A stretch of DNA of 61,904 bases, filler included, from Aduncisulcus paluster (GCA_024181965.1; 5 parts of 5 records of this genome joined end to end with filler, not necessarily neighbours in it); one strand, 5' to 3'. Positions 34,451 to 47,300 are shown, counted from the first letter of the whole stretch. The notes: a model not told the origin generated them from the letters alone. Numbers and translations: made by a program.

Positions 34451-35116
34451 ATGATGTTAGATGAATCATATTGGACAACAATTGAAGAAACATATCGAGT
34501 CCTGCTTGGAGATAAGAATTTTTCTCGCATTGAGTTTTCTCAGAACTATGTTAAATTCTATATTATCATCACGGGCTCCCAGATCACCCTAGACGCATAC
34601 ACTCCTGAAGTTCGAGCCTGGCTTGACAAAGAACAACTACAAGCTGAATTTAACATTAGATTTCACAGACATTTGGGATACCCTGTTAATTGGAATGTAC
34701 AAAAGGCAATTATGGTTGATACATCCGAAACTGAAGCTCTCCTCTTCATTCGAAATGTGTTTTCGAAAGAAATTGGGAAATTGTATGCCTTTTCATCATC
34801 CACACAAGAAATTGTACATAAATCTGTATCTTTATTTGATCAAAAAGCAAAAGTTGGTAAAAGAAAGCGGAAAATTCGTGATTTGACGAAAGGTGAAAAA
34901 AAATGTTTAGATAAGATACCACAACCGGAAGCCCTTATTGAGCAGGTTGTTGATTTATGTAAGACATGCCTTAAACATTTAACAATGCGTTCATTGTGCT
35001 TTTCTCCACAATTTGGAACTCATGAATCTTCTTCTAAAAGTGTTTCGAGTAGCCACGAATCAAGAATACACCCAACCATACATAAAGAAGCCATAGCTAA
35101 ACCCATTCCAACCCAA
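34451..35116 (+). CDS. Hypothetical protein, 3' truncated by contig end
   Basis: ATG after an AT-rich leader; open for 222 codons to the linker; no motif recognised. Confidence 0.7.
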
Positions 35117-35216
35117 NNNNNNNNNNNNNNNNNNNNNNNNNNNNNNNNNNNNNNNNNNNNTTAATTAATTAANNNNNNNNNNNNNNNNNNNNNNNNNNNN
35201 NNNNNNNNNNNNNNNN
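35117..35216. other. Artificial contig linker
   Basis: N44-TTAATTAATTAA-N44. Confidence 0.98.
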
Positions 35217-35217
35217 T

Positions 35218-36642
35218 ATCACTCGCAATGAAATTTATAACAATAATGTATCCCCTCCTCAAAAACAATGCTCATCTATTGCCAAAACATATTATCTTAA
35301 TGATGATCTGATCTGTTACACTGTCCATGATGACAACATTCGATCCTATATCATTGACACTTATCCTGATATCGCTGAGTCCACAGGCATGATCTCTGTT
35401 GCTTCTATTCGTTCTACTGTGTCTGGATCTCTCAATTTATCCACAGATGTAATCACTCCCTATGGCAATGTATCATCTCTCCAAGGTCTCGAGTATGCCA
35501 CTGGTCTGACAGAGTTGAATCTCGATGGATATGATCTGAGTGGAAGTGATAGTGTGAGTGCGTATGACCAATTGGTTGTCAGAATCCTTTCCAAAGCTGT
35601 TACTTACTCAAATTCATTTGGTAATATTGACACTGGTCTTACTTTGCTATCTGTGAGTGGGTGTGGATTAAAATATATCGAAGATGTACTTGATTTCACT
35701 CCCATTCATGCTGATGATCCAACGACACAACGATTCAAGCTGAGTTATCTTGATATCTCAGACAATTCGATCTCTGATGTGTCCATTCTGATTGATACAG
35801 ACATGATATGGACGAGTGTTCCTTGGACTCTCAAGCTCAACAACAATAACATATGTGACATTGAAGGTGTTGTTTCATCCTTGAAGTCTAAATACCCACA
35901 ACTAATGATTCTTGAACCGTATGATAACCAGACATGTATGTGTCCTGATGATAATGTATCGAGCAGTCTGTTTCAACGATGCAGAGAATTGTATCCAGAT
36001 GAGTGGATTGTTGACTGCTGGAAAGGGTATTTGTATTATAATGAATCTCGGTGCTCCAAGTCGTCAACTACATCGGAGATAGTTGCCTGTCAACTCTGTG
36101 AGAGAAATGAACAACAACAACATATGATAGCATATTATTCTGGTTCTTGTGAATGCAAAACAGGAAAAACTGGTTCCACATGTGAATTGGATTGTCCTAA
36201 TTGTTATGCTGATGTCTTACGGATCCATGGATATTGTGCTTATTCGTACACCCTTGACCAAGCTGTATGCGACTGTGATGAGGATTATGGTGGGGATCTA
36301 TGCGAACTGAGCTGTTATTGTAGGATTGGAACAAGTGTATATATAGAGAGTGAAGATAAGTGTGTGTGTGAATGTCCTGATGATTCTTATGGTGCTTGTG
36401 GAGGAACTTCTGATTGTTTTTATGGTGTTCACTATCATTATGAAGATGGTATTGCTTTGCGAAGTGCCAGGTGTGAATGTGACTCTAATCATTTTGGGCG
36501 TTATTGTGAATTCAACATCACAATTGTTGTTTTTTCATGTATTATTGGGGCCATAGGTATTGTTCTTTTGTTATTTATGATTGTTTCTTCCTGTAAACAG
36601 AAGGAAAAGGTCAAGAAAAATGAATGGGAAAGATTCACTTGA
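35218..36642 (+). CDS. LRR + EGF-like Cys-rich type I surface protein, 5' truncated
   Basis: Frame is open from the contig start (ITRNEIYNNN...). LRRs LQGLEYATGLTELNL and LSYLDISDNSISDVSIL; EGF-like CECKTGKTGSTC, CDCDEDYGGDLC, CECDSNHFGRYC; C-terminal TM and short basic tail. Confidence 0.88.
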   Translation: MTRNEIYNNNVSPPQKQCSSIAKTYYLNDDLICYTVHDDNIRSYIIDTYPDIAESTGMISVASIRSTVSGSLNLSTDVITPYGNVSSLQGLEYATGLTELNLDGYDLSGSDSVSAYDQLVVRILSKAVTYSNSFGNIDTGLTLLSVSGCGLKYIEDVLDFTPIHADDPTTQRFKLSYLDISDNSISDVSILIDTDMIWTSVPWTLKLNNNNICDIEGVVSSLKSKYPQLMILEPYDNQTCMCPDDNVSSSLFQRCRELYPDEWIVDCWKGYLYYNESRCSKSSTTSEIVACQLCERNEQQQHMIAYYSGSCECKTGKTGSTCELDCPNCYADVLRIHGYCAYSYTLDQAVCDCDEDYGGDLCELSCYCRIGTSVYIESEDKCVCECPDDSYGACGGTSDCFYGVHYHYEDGIALRSARCECDSNHFGRYCEFNITIVVFSCIIGAIGIVLLLFMIVSSCKQKEKVKKNEWERFT

Positions 36643-36993
36643 GCGAAGAGAATATGAGGCCTTTGAGTAAGAATTCGGTGATAATTTATTGAATCTAACC
36701 TGTTTAATCAAAACAATTATGAGAATCCGCTGCATTCGATAAATTATTTCTAAAAAAAAAAAACATCTTCCCGTAAATAAAATAGAAACTATAATTGAGA
36801 TCCAGAAAATTATTTGATGAAATTTATTTATTTTACGGTAAACATCTGCATAAATGCTACTAAATAAAAGGATAGAAAGAATAGGTCGTATTCTTGGCAT
36901 ACTATAAATTTTAGATTTCCATATTGGTATAATTGTAATCAATTTATCTAATTAATATCTAATTTTGAAATATTATCGACATATAAATATCAT

Positions 36994-39900
36994 ATGAGTC
37001 TTGATTCTGTATATTGTCGCAACAGAAGATGTAAGTACAAATTGGTACAATTAAGACAGTTAGTGCGTAAAAATGGGTATCAAAATGTCAAATCAATTGA
37101 TTTAGAGGGCTGTGAATTTAAGTTACAGGGCTCACTCCAACTTTGTCCCTATTTACAGCTATTTACAAATTTGGAAAGACTCAATCTTGCCTCAAATCTA
37201 TTAAATGCCGAGTGCTTGAAACTTATGTTTTCAGGAGTGTCATTCCCTAAATTGAAATATCTAAACCTCTCCAGAAATTTCTTTCGTTCCGACGAATGGA
37301 TTGTTTTGATTGGTGAAATTTTCCCGAACATAACTCAAAACCTTGAAGAATTAAATATAGCGGGTAATACTCTTAGCGAAGACGATGTTAAAAGATTGTG
37401 TGAATTTTGGGATAAATGTTCTTCCCCCCTGGTGAAGTTAGACCTAAGTAACAATGATTTGGGTGATGACAAAGCTCTCTTTTATCTATCAAAATGCTCA
37501 ATTTTGACAAAATTGACTGTTTTTAATTTTGATGGTAATATTTTGACTTCTAAATCGTGTTCATATCTCTGTAAATTATTCAAGAAATCAACCCGACTCA
37601 AAGAATTGAGACTCTCTGAAAATGATATAAAATCCAAGGACAGTATCGCTATTTGCAAGAGCTTGTCGAAGACTAAACTTAAAGTTTTTGAATTTGGGCA
37701 CAACCTTCTTGGTGTTGATGGAAGTGATGCCATGTCACGTATGTTACCTCTCTGGCAGTCTTCTCTTGAATGTCTTGACTTGTCATATTGCCATATCAAC
37801 TATGATGGACTCTCATTGATCTGCAGAACACTATCCCAATGCAAAAAATTGAGGAAGTTATATCTGGCCAAAAATGATATCGATTTTTTGGGATCAAAAT
37901 TAATCTCAAATGCACTTCCACGGCTCCCATTACTTAAATGTGTGGATTTTAGTGAAAATCCAATTCGTTTCAACCGAAATTCATGCTTTTTTTCCAGCTT
38001 TTCATATTTTTTGAATCTTCAAGAAATCCATTTTTGTAATTGTCGCATTCCCTCTGAAGGATTTGATAAACTCGCAACCGCATTGAGTTCGATAAAATCT
38101 CTGACGTGTGTTGACTTTTCGAGGAATGAGATATCTTGTTCTGGTCTTGACTCCATGAGTGATATTTTCTTGCATAATCCTCACCTAAAATTAATCGATT
38201 TATCCGACAATCCTCTCTTTGGCACTGGAAGTAACTCTGAAATAGATAATGAGATAATCAATGTTTCTAATTTCTTTTATATATTGGGAACTCTTCATGA
38301 TTTACACACCTTACGTCTCAAACACTGTCAGTTATCAGGAACTCAATGTATTCAAATGTTTTTACAAATCAGCAGGTGTTCTTCACTTTCAATTCTTGAT
38401 GTAGGCGGAAATGAATGCTCAATGCGTGAAAGATTAACACTATTAACTCTTGTGCCAACTTTCCCAAAGCTCCAAGATTTAACAATGTTTGAAGATACAT
38501 GGGGTCCTCAAGATGATAAATTTAGACCATTATTCCCATATTCCTCTATTTGTCCTCATTTCAAGTCCTTGTCAAATAACCGTGATCTTTTTGTGGGTGG
38601 ATATTCACGGTTTCGAGAAGTTAGAAGATATGATTGTGTCCATGTATTTGGAGAATATCCGACACATAATGGGTATGGATATGTATTGGATATTCATGGA
38701 GATGTGTGTTCTGTCGTTGCATTTGGCGGAAGGACAATCATGGCGCCCAGGAGAGATATCGGCATCTTTATCGACGAATTTGAATTCCAGATTGAGTCTG
38801 AACATATCAAATTCATTCAACGTGTATATTATGAATCTAATCTATCCATATGTGATACAATCATTCCAATGATACTCTTTTCAAGGGAAATGGAATGGCG
38901 GAAAAGGGAGGAATTCAAGAAACTAAATCCATTTGAAGGCGAAACAATCGTAACTTCATATCCTCCAAAATCATTGCATTTTCTCCAGGCATCTTTCGTT
39001 CATGATTCTTTATTTCATTGTAAAGATGTTTGGGAAATGGAAACACCTTGGATAGCGATTCCATTTGATTGTGGCGATAATATCAAACAATTGTATGGCA
39101 AAAAATCGATTATCTCCTTTATAATGGGTGAAAGAGACTCAAAAGATAGCTCTCTTACCCAACAACCTGGCCCAAGAGTGTTTTCTTTCAGTACGCGTCG
39201 TGGATTTAATCCCCAGTTATTCAATTTCTCTTCCTCTTGTTTCATCCACCCGCTTAATCCGATTCAATGTCTTCATTCTTTTTTCATCGAACTTTCTTGC
39301 GATCGTCCCTCAAATATTTTCTTTTATTTATACCGAACTCCTCCTTTGGAACCGATATCTATTCTTGGATGTGACTATTTCTGTGATGAGCCAAAAATTC
39401 GTCTCGGATTCGATGGTGAAGATTACTCCCACGTTGAATGTGTCAGAGTGGATGTCGTTCCTCTTAAACCTGAAGCTCTTGCTATTTACGAGCAGCTCAA
39501 TGCCGCAGAAGAAGAAGAAGCTCTCATCGATCTTGATATCCAGGGAGTGGAACCTGAGATTGAAGCGGTACCGGAAGATGATTTATTCCAGGAGGATATA
39601 GAAGAAGAAGAAGAAGAAGAAGAAGAAGAAGAAGAAGAAGAAGAAGAAGAAGAAGAAGAAGAAGAGGAGGAGGAAGAAGAGGAGGAATTAATGCCGATTG
39701 ATCCTGATTTTGATCAATTGCAGTCCTCTAAGCCATATAATGCTATTTATTCAATTGGTGGAAGTGCTACATTCGATTTTCCTGGTGAACTTTTCCACAA
39801 CCATATCCCTTTTCGCATTATTCCTTGTATTCGAAAGCCTAATTCAGAAACATTGCTCATGCATGGCCATCTTTATATAACCCAAGATTCTCAAAGAATT

Positions 39901-40137
39901 TACGGATTTCGTTGTTTAAAAGACAAACAATTTCGGTGCTTTGATGAGTCAGGAGAATGTCGAGTCGTTTCATTTCGATCTGTTACTCCTTGTATTAATA
40001 CTGTTTCGGCAAGGAAAGATAGAAAGTCAATGTATTTGCTTGTGGAAAGAACTGGAGGATTTGTTGAATTTTTATTCGAATCGAGTGGGAAAAAGCGGTC
40101 TTCTGGAGATAACACTGAATATTTTTTCCCATACTAA
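36994..40137 (+). CDS. RNI-like leucine-rich-repeat protein with poly-Glu tract, 1047 aa
   Basis: About 16 LxxLxLxxNxL repeats of ~28 aa in the N-terminal half; (GAA)n poly-E at 39601-39687. Confidence 0.88.
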   Translation: MSLDSVYCRNRRCKYKLVQLRQLVRKNGYQNVKSIDLEGCEFKLQGSLQLCPYLQLFTNLERLNLASNLLNAECLKLMFSGVSFPKLKYLNLSRNFFRSDEWIVLIGEIFPNITQNLEELNIAGNTLSEDDVKRLCEFWDKCSSPLVKLDLSNNDLGDDKALFYLSKCSILTKLTVFNFDGNILTSKSCSYLCKLFKKSTRLKELRLSENDIKSKDSIAICKSLSKTKLKVFEFGHNLLGVDGSDAMSRMLPLWQSSLECLDLSYCHINYDGLSLICRTLSQCKKLRKLYLAKNDIDFLGSKLISNALPRLPLLKCVDFSENPIRFNRNSCFFSSFSYFLNLQEIHFCNCRIPSEGFDKLATALSSIKSLTCVDFSRNEISCSGLDSMSDIFLHNPHLKLIDLSDNPLFGTGSNSEIDNEIINVSNFFYILGTLHDLHTLRLKHCQLSGTQCIQMFLQISRCSSLSILDVGGNECSMRERLTLLTLVPTFPKLQDLTMFEDTWGPQDDKFRPLFPYSSICPHFKSLSNNRDLFVGGYSRFREVRRYDCVHVFGEYPTHNGYGYVLDIHGDVCSVVAFGGRTIMAPRRDIGIFIDEFEFQIESEHIKFIQRVYYESNLSICDTIIPMILFSREMEWRKREEFKKLNPFEGETIVTSYPPKSLHFLQASFVHDSLFHCKDVWEMETPWIAIPFDCGDNIKQLYGKKSIISFIMGERDSKDSSLTQQPGPRVFSFSTRRGFNPQLFNFSSSCFIHPLNPIQCLHSFFIELSCDRPSNIFFYLYRTPPLEPISILGCDYFCDEPKIRLGFDGEDYSHVECVRVDVVPLKPEALAIYEQLNAAEEEEALIDLDIQGVEPEIEAVPEDDLFQEDIEEEEEEEEEEEEEEEEEEEEEEEEEEEEELMPIDPDFDQLQSSKPYNAIYSIGGSATFDFPGELFHNHIPFRIIPCIRKPNSETLLMHGHLYITQDSQRIYGFRCLKDKQFRCFDESGECRVVSFRSVTPCINTVSARKDRKSMYLLVERTGGFVEFLFESSGKKRSSGDNTEYFFPY
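39601..39687 (+). repeat. (GAA/GAG)n coding microsatellite, poly-Glu
   Basis: More than 20 perfect GAA units followed by mixed GAG/GAA. Confidence 0.95.
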
Positions 40138-40383
40138 GTATATTAAGCAAAAATATTGATATGTAACAAAATAATTCATGATGGGTTTCATTTGAAGGCA
40201 GTGTGAAGATGAAAATCAAACAATGAAGAATTATGGTCCCAATTTTCACATTTGATAGATCTTTAACCTTAAAATAAACAATGATAGATCTCACAAAGTC
40301 CTTCCCTTTGTTTCTCCCCCCATTATTAAGTCACACATCACACCAATTTCAAATCTCTTCATTCATCGCTTCGATCCATCCCC

Positions 40384-40848
40384 TCAATGGTTAAATAAAG
40401 TTCCAAGCACGAAGATTGCGATTGCCAAGACAATCCCAGCAGCTCCAATCCAGAAGCGAATGCTATCGAAATCAACACCCATCTCTAACAACTGTAAGAA
40501 AGCAAAAGTAATGGCCTGGCCGAACCGAACATCGCAGAATAAGAAATACATTGTCAATCCGGGCCATTTGTGGAATTCACACATCAGGATGACGAAAGCA
40601 AGGAACAGAGATACAGCAATACAGAATCCGGTTGCCATGTTCACTACACCGAAAATAGTGAAGACATTCTGGGCAACAAGAAGGATTAAGCTGATAATAA
40701 CAAGAATACGTGTAATATTACCACGATGATGGTTCATCTGAATGACTTTTTTCTTGTCTTCGGCTTTCTTGGCCTTTTTCACACTCTTTTGAGCATTCTT
40801 GAGTTCTTTTCTGCTCATAGAATTTTCAGTGTATGGTGTGTCGGCCAT
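40384..40848 (-). CDS. TVP15/COPI-associated-like small multi-pass Golgi membrane protein
   Basis: ATG 40848 (MADTPY...), 154 aa, 3-4 TM helices; ILMCEF...YFLFCDVRFGQAITFAFL resembles the family pattern E..YFxFL...GRG..Y.F. Confidence 0.65.
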   Translation of the reverse strand: MADTPYTENSMSRKELKNAQKSVKKAKKAEDKKKVIQMNHHRGNITRILVIISLILLVAQNVFTIFGVVNMATGFCIAVSLFLAFVILMCEFHKWPGLTMYFLFCDVRFGQAITFAFLQLLEMGVDFDSIRFWIGAAGIVLAIAIFVLGTLFNH

Positions 40849-41170
40849 GATTGTGATAGATTCCGTCAAAAAACAAACATGGTCAATTCGGAAACAAAAA
40901 GCAGNNNNNNNNNNNNNNNNNNNNTGAAGACATTCTGGGCAACAAGAAGGATTAAGCTGATAATAACAAGAATACGTGTAATATTACCACGATGATGGTT
41001 CATCTGAATGACTTTTTTCTTGTCTTCGGCTTTCTTGGCCTTTTTCACACTCTTTTGAGCATTCTTGAGTTCTTTTCTGCTCATAGAATTTTCAGTGTAT
41101 GGTGTGTCGGCCATGATTGTGATAGATTCCGTCAAAAAACAAACATGGTCAATTCGGAAACAAAAAGCAG
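40659..41170. repeat. Gap-flanking duplication 40659-40904 = 40925-41170 (assembly artefact)
   Basis: 246 bp repeated across the 20-N gap 40905-40924. Confidence 0.92.
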
Positions 41171-41307
41171 ACTTCGGCCAATGAGAAAGGTGCTAAAAAC
41201 GCACAAACAGCACGGATATCATTTGTAAATCGGTGGAAGTTGCATAATTTATTTTTAAAAATAAAAGATTAGCACCCAGGATGAACACAGAAAGACTGTA
41301 TACAGCA

Positions 41308-44300
41308 TCACTTGGGTTGTCTCCATTTCGGCCAAACTCGGGCACTCTCAGCGGCAATGATGATTTTAAGATCCTTCATACTTACCTTTAACGGCGTAAA
41401 ATCACGTAAAACACAATCACGTCCAAATGAAAGGGAGAAAATTGGTGGTAAGAAAGAAGATAGATCTTCAGTCAATCCCACTGGTGGACATGCTGAAGAA
41501 CACTCTGTTAATGGAATTTCAATATCTGGCAATAATCCAGCTGCACTCAATTTTAATTCCATTGCACGTACTTTGTCGTAGAGCCAACAGCAAGCCTTCA
41601 GACAGAAACAATAAGAAGGAGCGAAAATAATAACACGGTGCCTGACTGTGGACACTTCTCTCTCTCCAAACAGAGGATGTGAGTGGGAGATGTGTGAAGA
41701 GACAAGAAGTTGTCTCATAAAAAGCAGAACAGAAGTGAAGGAGGAGAGATAGAAAAGAAGATCAGAAAACAACGGTGTTGGTACGAGCGGATGTTTCTCA
41801 GAACCATCGTCATTCCGAATCCATCTTCCTTCTTTCATAACGACACAGACACGCTCATAAAGAGCTTGGATCCACATAATGGTAAAGAATCTGAATGATT
41901 TTGGACACTTTCCTTCTGTGCTGTTCCTGGAAAGCATGGAGGGTTTCAATTCTTCATCCATTCGACCATGACCGCTTATCAACATGAAAGGATAACATAA
42001 CAAGACACAAGGATTGTAGAAAGGAGCAAGTTGGCGTATTTCAAGGGGCATGACTTGTTCGAAATTATCTCCTGTAAAAGCACTAGATTCGACCCAACGT
42101 TGAGATGAAGAATAATTGAAATTTCCAGGTGCATTCCAATTCAACACACCGTTAGGAGAAGAGATGGTTGTCGAATCACCGCCTAACTCAAGTAATTCTT
42201 CTAAAAGTAGCATGGGATGAATGTAACTCGGTGGAGAAATATGCAAAGCATACATCGTTTGGAAGTATGATGCCCTAGAATGATTAACAATATTCCAGTT
42301 CTTATAACGTTCATGAATCTCGGCTTGAATATTCTTCGGAAGTCGTAGAATAATTCCAGAATCAGAACCACATTGCTTCTCTCCTTCTTTCTCTTCGCCT
42401 TCACATATTTCTCCTTCTTTGCTTTCACTGGACGGAGCACGGATAATAGATATCTGTCTTCGGAGTTCTTTACGACGTTTAAGTTCCCCACGAGCCATAG
42501 TCATCCAAGTAAGAATCGAATTTGGAAACTCTTTTAGCTCGTATGAATATGTATCATCTCTAGCCAGGCTAATCAAGGAAAACGGGGCAGTTAATGTGTT
42601 TTCAACATTCAATAGAGTTGAAATGAGGGGCATTGTGAGTGAAGAAGGGAGTTCGCGGGGAAGTGGGTTTGAAATATCGGACTTATGCTCAACAAAGAGA
42701 TTCCTTCCACTCGATAAATCTGTTGGGGAAAGTTTAATGAACTTGTCCAATTGTTCCCTGAAATTCTTCTCTCCCAATGTCTTATATACTCCACTTTCCG
42801 AGGATCCAAGCACATCCCCCATGCCGAGAAGAAGAAGTGGACTGACAACAATGCCATTCATGAAGATTTCCATGAAGCACCCAATGTACTGTGTGGACCG
42901 AGTGATAGTAGTCTCTGGTGGACAGTTATAGATGGCAGCACACATCGAATGGATGATGCCGAACATCGAGGGTTGGTTGAGCATGTAAAGGAGCGAGGAG
43001 AGTTCAGGCCTAGGCGGCTGTGGGAGAGGGAGAAAGGGAAACAGAAGACAATGTGGGAGCCCATGGGATTGTGAGAAAGGAAGAGAAACATCAACAAACT
43101 CACTTGGAACATCACCAATACATTTCCTTGCGAACTTCATCATTAACGAACAGGACCTATTCCACTGCTCCGAAGTGATATCTCTGATCGAATAAAGCTC
43201 ATCCCTAGGTTTTAGCTTGGGTGCATTTGTCATCTTGCTCTGATAAGGGGCTTCTTCAGAACCTTCTGACTCAAAGGACTCGGATTCTTCATCTATGATT
43301 GGAGGACAGCCCTCAATTGTTGGTTTGTCTTCATCCATCCGTGGCATATCCTTGGAATGGAGATGAAGGTTGTAGGCACAGCAAGGGAGTGTAACAGAAA
43401 GATTGGATATCATGCTTGAAGACATTGCGGACATAAAGGAAGGATTTGGGGGAGAGATGAAGGGAGACGGAGTTGGAACGGACAGGCAAGGAGAATCCGC
43501 AGAGGGAATAGGAAGAAGACAAGAAGGAGAATGGGGCCAATCAAAACAAAGAATATCAGAATGGAACGAAGGGTCCATTTTATGACTTGAAAGGTCTGAA
43601 AGTACATCAGCAATTCCTTTTGAAATTTGTGATTGCCGAGCCTGGATCGATTTTGAATGATCAAAATATCTAACAAAAGGAGATTGGTGAAGCCTTTTAT
43701 ATTCATTTTCATCAAAATCACAAGAAGTTTCCATATGCCTAGCAATCTCTTCCTCTTCCTCTTCCTCTTCCTCTTCCTCTTCTTCTTCTTCCTCTTCTTC
43801 TTCTTCCTGGACTTGGTCGATTTCTTCCTCTGATACTTCTCCTTCATATGCATCAAAATCAAGCTCAATCGAGTCGAATACCTCTTCTTCTTCCTCTTGG
43901 TCGATTTCTTCCTCCCCATCGACTCCAGCCACAGGACCTTCTGATACCATGAAGATCTGGGATGAAGTAAAATCAAGATGCGGATTATCACCATCGATAA
44001 CTTCAACAATGGAATCACTCTCTTGATCTTGAGCTTCTTGAGCTTCTTCTTCAATCATATACAATATTCCACCTTCTTCAAGTGTATTTTCTTCCTCTTT
44101 CTCTCCTTCGTTCTTCTTCTTCTTCTTCTTCCTTTTCTTGTTCAGGTGATGGTTTGGTTTCTTTGAAATTATCGGAGGAAATTCCTTTTGGAACATGATA
44201 ACACTCTCTGGGAATACGATATAATCCAGATTCAGGCTTGTCTTCGTGATCTCCAAGAGTAAAATCGATTGGAATGAAATCATCCTCAGCCATAAGATGC

Positions 44301-47300
44301 TCATGAACAGACTTTGCACCGTCAGAACTCTTTGAAGGGGTTAATGGGACTTCAGAAGCAAGCCCTTCATGATTGGCCCATAACTTTACCTTATTCGCCC
44401 ATTTACGCTCAGAAGCCATCCAAAGTTCTTCTCCTCTCACTCGTTCTGTCAATATGCACTGGTTAAGGAGAGTATGCATTCGAATTCTATTTTTAGAACC
44501 AGGATTGCTTGCAATATCTCTTGCTAGCATTTCAGTCTCGAAATCGACAAGAAAATCACAGAACCAAGAAGAAACAAAGGATTGGACAAAGAAGAAATAT
44601 GAATAGAATGACGGGGAAGCAAAAGAAGGAATTGGAATGATCTTGTTCCCATCGTAGGGTTCAGAAGGAGAGTCATGAGAAGAGGTAGGAGAAGAATCGC
44701 TTGTTTCTTTGATTTTCTTCGGCATGATATATTTCTTTCTTGACCAGATAGATGATCCACCTACTTCAATGGGTGTGACCGCAGTATTGTCCAATGTGAC
44801 ACCAGTACCGAGCATGATCCCATCCCACTTGAAATTCATAGGTGAGCCTGGGAGTTGGAACTCACCAAAAATTGGGATAACAAAGTTATAACCATTGTTC
44901 AATGTTAACATAGCAAAGATGGAAGAGCATGGAAATGGTGACACGTCTGAAATAAAAATGGATTGCCTAAGAGAGCGATTGATGCGAGGATATTGAGCAC
45001 GATGGAACAAGAAATAAAGGAAGTTCCTAAAAGCTATGGGAAAAGAGAGTAATGGGGTCAGCATAGTATCAGATTTTGAAGGGTATTTTCTAATTCGCAT
45101 GTGAGAGGGCGGGTAAAATGGCGATGAATGGAAATATTCAGGAGACCTTGTCTTGTCTTCAAATTCAAGAAGCATTCTGGAAACTGAGGTTCGGGATTTC
45201 TTTGGCACACCTAGTCTCCAATCAACACCGAATTCATCTTGAATATGTTTCTGCACACTCAGGCCATTGTCTGTGATATCCATAACTCTTACCCAGATAT
45301 CAAGTGCATAAATAACAGCATCTCCTGATTTACACTGATGGGCCAGACGAAGCAACTGAGGTGCCAGCACACTGAGCTCACCTGAATGTTTGTCAAGGAA
45401 AGTATCGTTCAAATTGAGGGCATGGCTAAGAAAAGTAAAGATACTAATCCAGGCTTCCTCTTCTTGCCGATCACGAGGACTCAACTCATCCATCGGGGCA
45501 AAAGACACCTTGGATACACTTTCTTCTCCACTATCCGCCAGCTGTTCATCTCCCATAATCGATTTTTCGAGGAGATCTTTCATATAAATGTGAAGACCGT
45601 TTCTGACTAGAGATCTAGCTCTCCAATTTGGAGTTTTCACCCATTCTACTAAAGGAAGAAGCTCAATTCCCCTATTCATAACAGCCTTAATATCATAGGG
45701 ATGCGAAATCAATGGAAGGGCATGCAAAATTTCAATGGGAGATTCGGTTTGAATGAGCTTTTTGAGGATATCTGGATCTATTTTGGAACCAGAAGAGAGT
45801 GAATATGCCAGACGAGTGAGATCAGGGATGGAATATGTGGAAGATAAAGGCATGGCTACGGATATTTCACTCAAATCCTTTGTAAAATTCGCCAGAACGT
45901 TTAGAGAGTACGTCTGAGACTGTATTGAAGTCGTGTTTAGAACATGAGAAAAGAAGTCTTGTGAATTAGAAAATGAATGTTCCATATCCAGAAGTCCACC
46001 ACTGGAAAGCTCTTTGACATGGCAAAAATGTTCAAAAAGGGTCGCATAAAGCAAAAATGAAACAGAAAATGATTGAGAAAGTCCTTTTTCACGTTGAGCA
46101 AATGCGAGTTCCTTGTACACTTTGCTTGTCCAGTTATATAGCTCAATCACTCCCATATCGATTCCAAACACGACAAAGGAAAGGCGTAAGGAAAGATAGA
46201 GAGCAGAATAGAGGATGCTTACATCATGGACAAACAAATGAGAGCGAAGGATATTTGTTTTGATGTATCTTTTCATCTCAAGGTTACAGGTTGCTCCAAT
46301 TTGTCGATCAGTCATCTTAAAGGGACATCTGACGGAAATACTCTTCATCAGAGCACGATATATGGCAAATAAATGGTCAATATTGGGGGGAGGAACGTTC
46401 AGAGTTGATAAATATGAAAAAATCACGGATGAATCTTCGGTGTAAACATCTTGAAATATTTGATCACATAATAATTTCTTGGAGATAAACTTCTCTCCGG
46501 AGGTTTTGGATATCATCATTTGTTTCCGGGTTTTCTCGTAAGATGAATATATATTGAGAATGGAGGAGAATTGGAAAGATGAGACAAATTTGGACGGAGA
46601 GAGTAAGGGAACACTTTCATTAAGAAAGATAGGAGAGAACGAAAAATCATATTTAATCGAGGATGTTCCTGGCAAAACGAGCAAATCATTGTAATGAATC
46701 GATAAATCATCGAATAATCCAGTCTTATTGACATTTGAGAAGATATCAAAAATGTCGCGAGTAATAAGTGTGACAAAACTAGAGGAAAGACTGAAATCTT
46801 TTTTATCATCGAAATCTGTTTCTTTTTTATATGATTTGCCCATTTCAAGAAGAGTCGGACGAGAGAGAGGTTGGAGGAAGGGATAAACAACTCCAAAAGA
46901 ATATTTTCGATTTCCATTTGGGTTTAAACCATTATACAAACCAAGGGGGGGAATAATAAAAGGTTTAATATCCAATAAAACATCTTGAGCCGAGTCATCA
47001 ATATTCTGGTAATTGGAAAGAAGGGAAGGTTTGGAAGGAGTCGACTTTTTGGCTTGGGGGTCAAAGGCAATTTTCTTTGGTTTGGATTCAGATTGTTTTG
47101 TTTCATCGGGTTTGGATGGAGTTTGAAGATAAGACAAGTTAGGTTCGCGAAGAATCTCAACAAATTTTTCGAAGAAAGAGACTTGATCAATAGTATCAAT
47201 AGAGGCTTTTTTAAGATGAGGAAAGATCTTAATAAAACATTTGATTGCTGGAAAACCATCACAGGCATTCAAAACGGCAACATAATGTAATGAAAATGGC

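Noticed and set aside
36994..40137. RanGAP (LRR plus acidic tract)
   Set aside because: No GRNRLE catalytic motif; the acidic tract is ~370 aa beyond the LRRs and the protein is too long.
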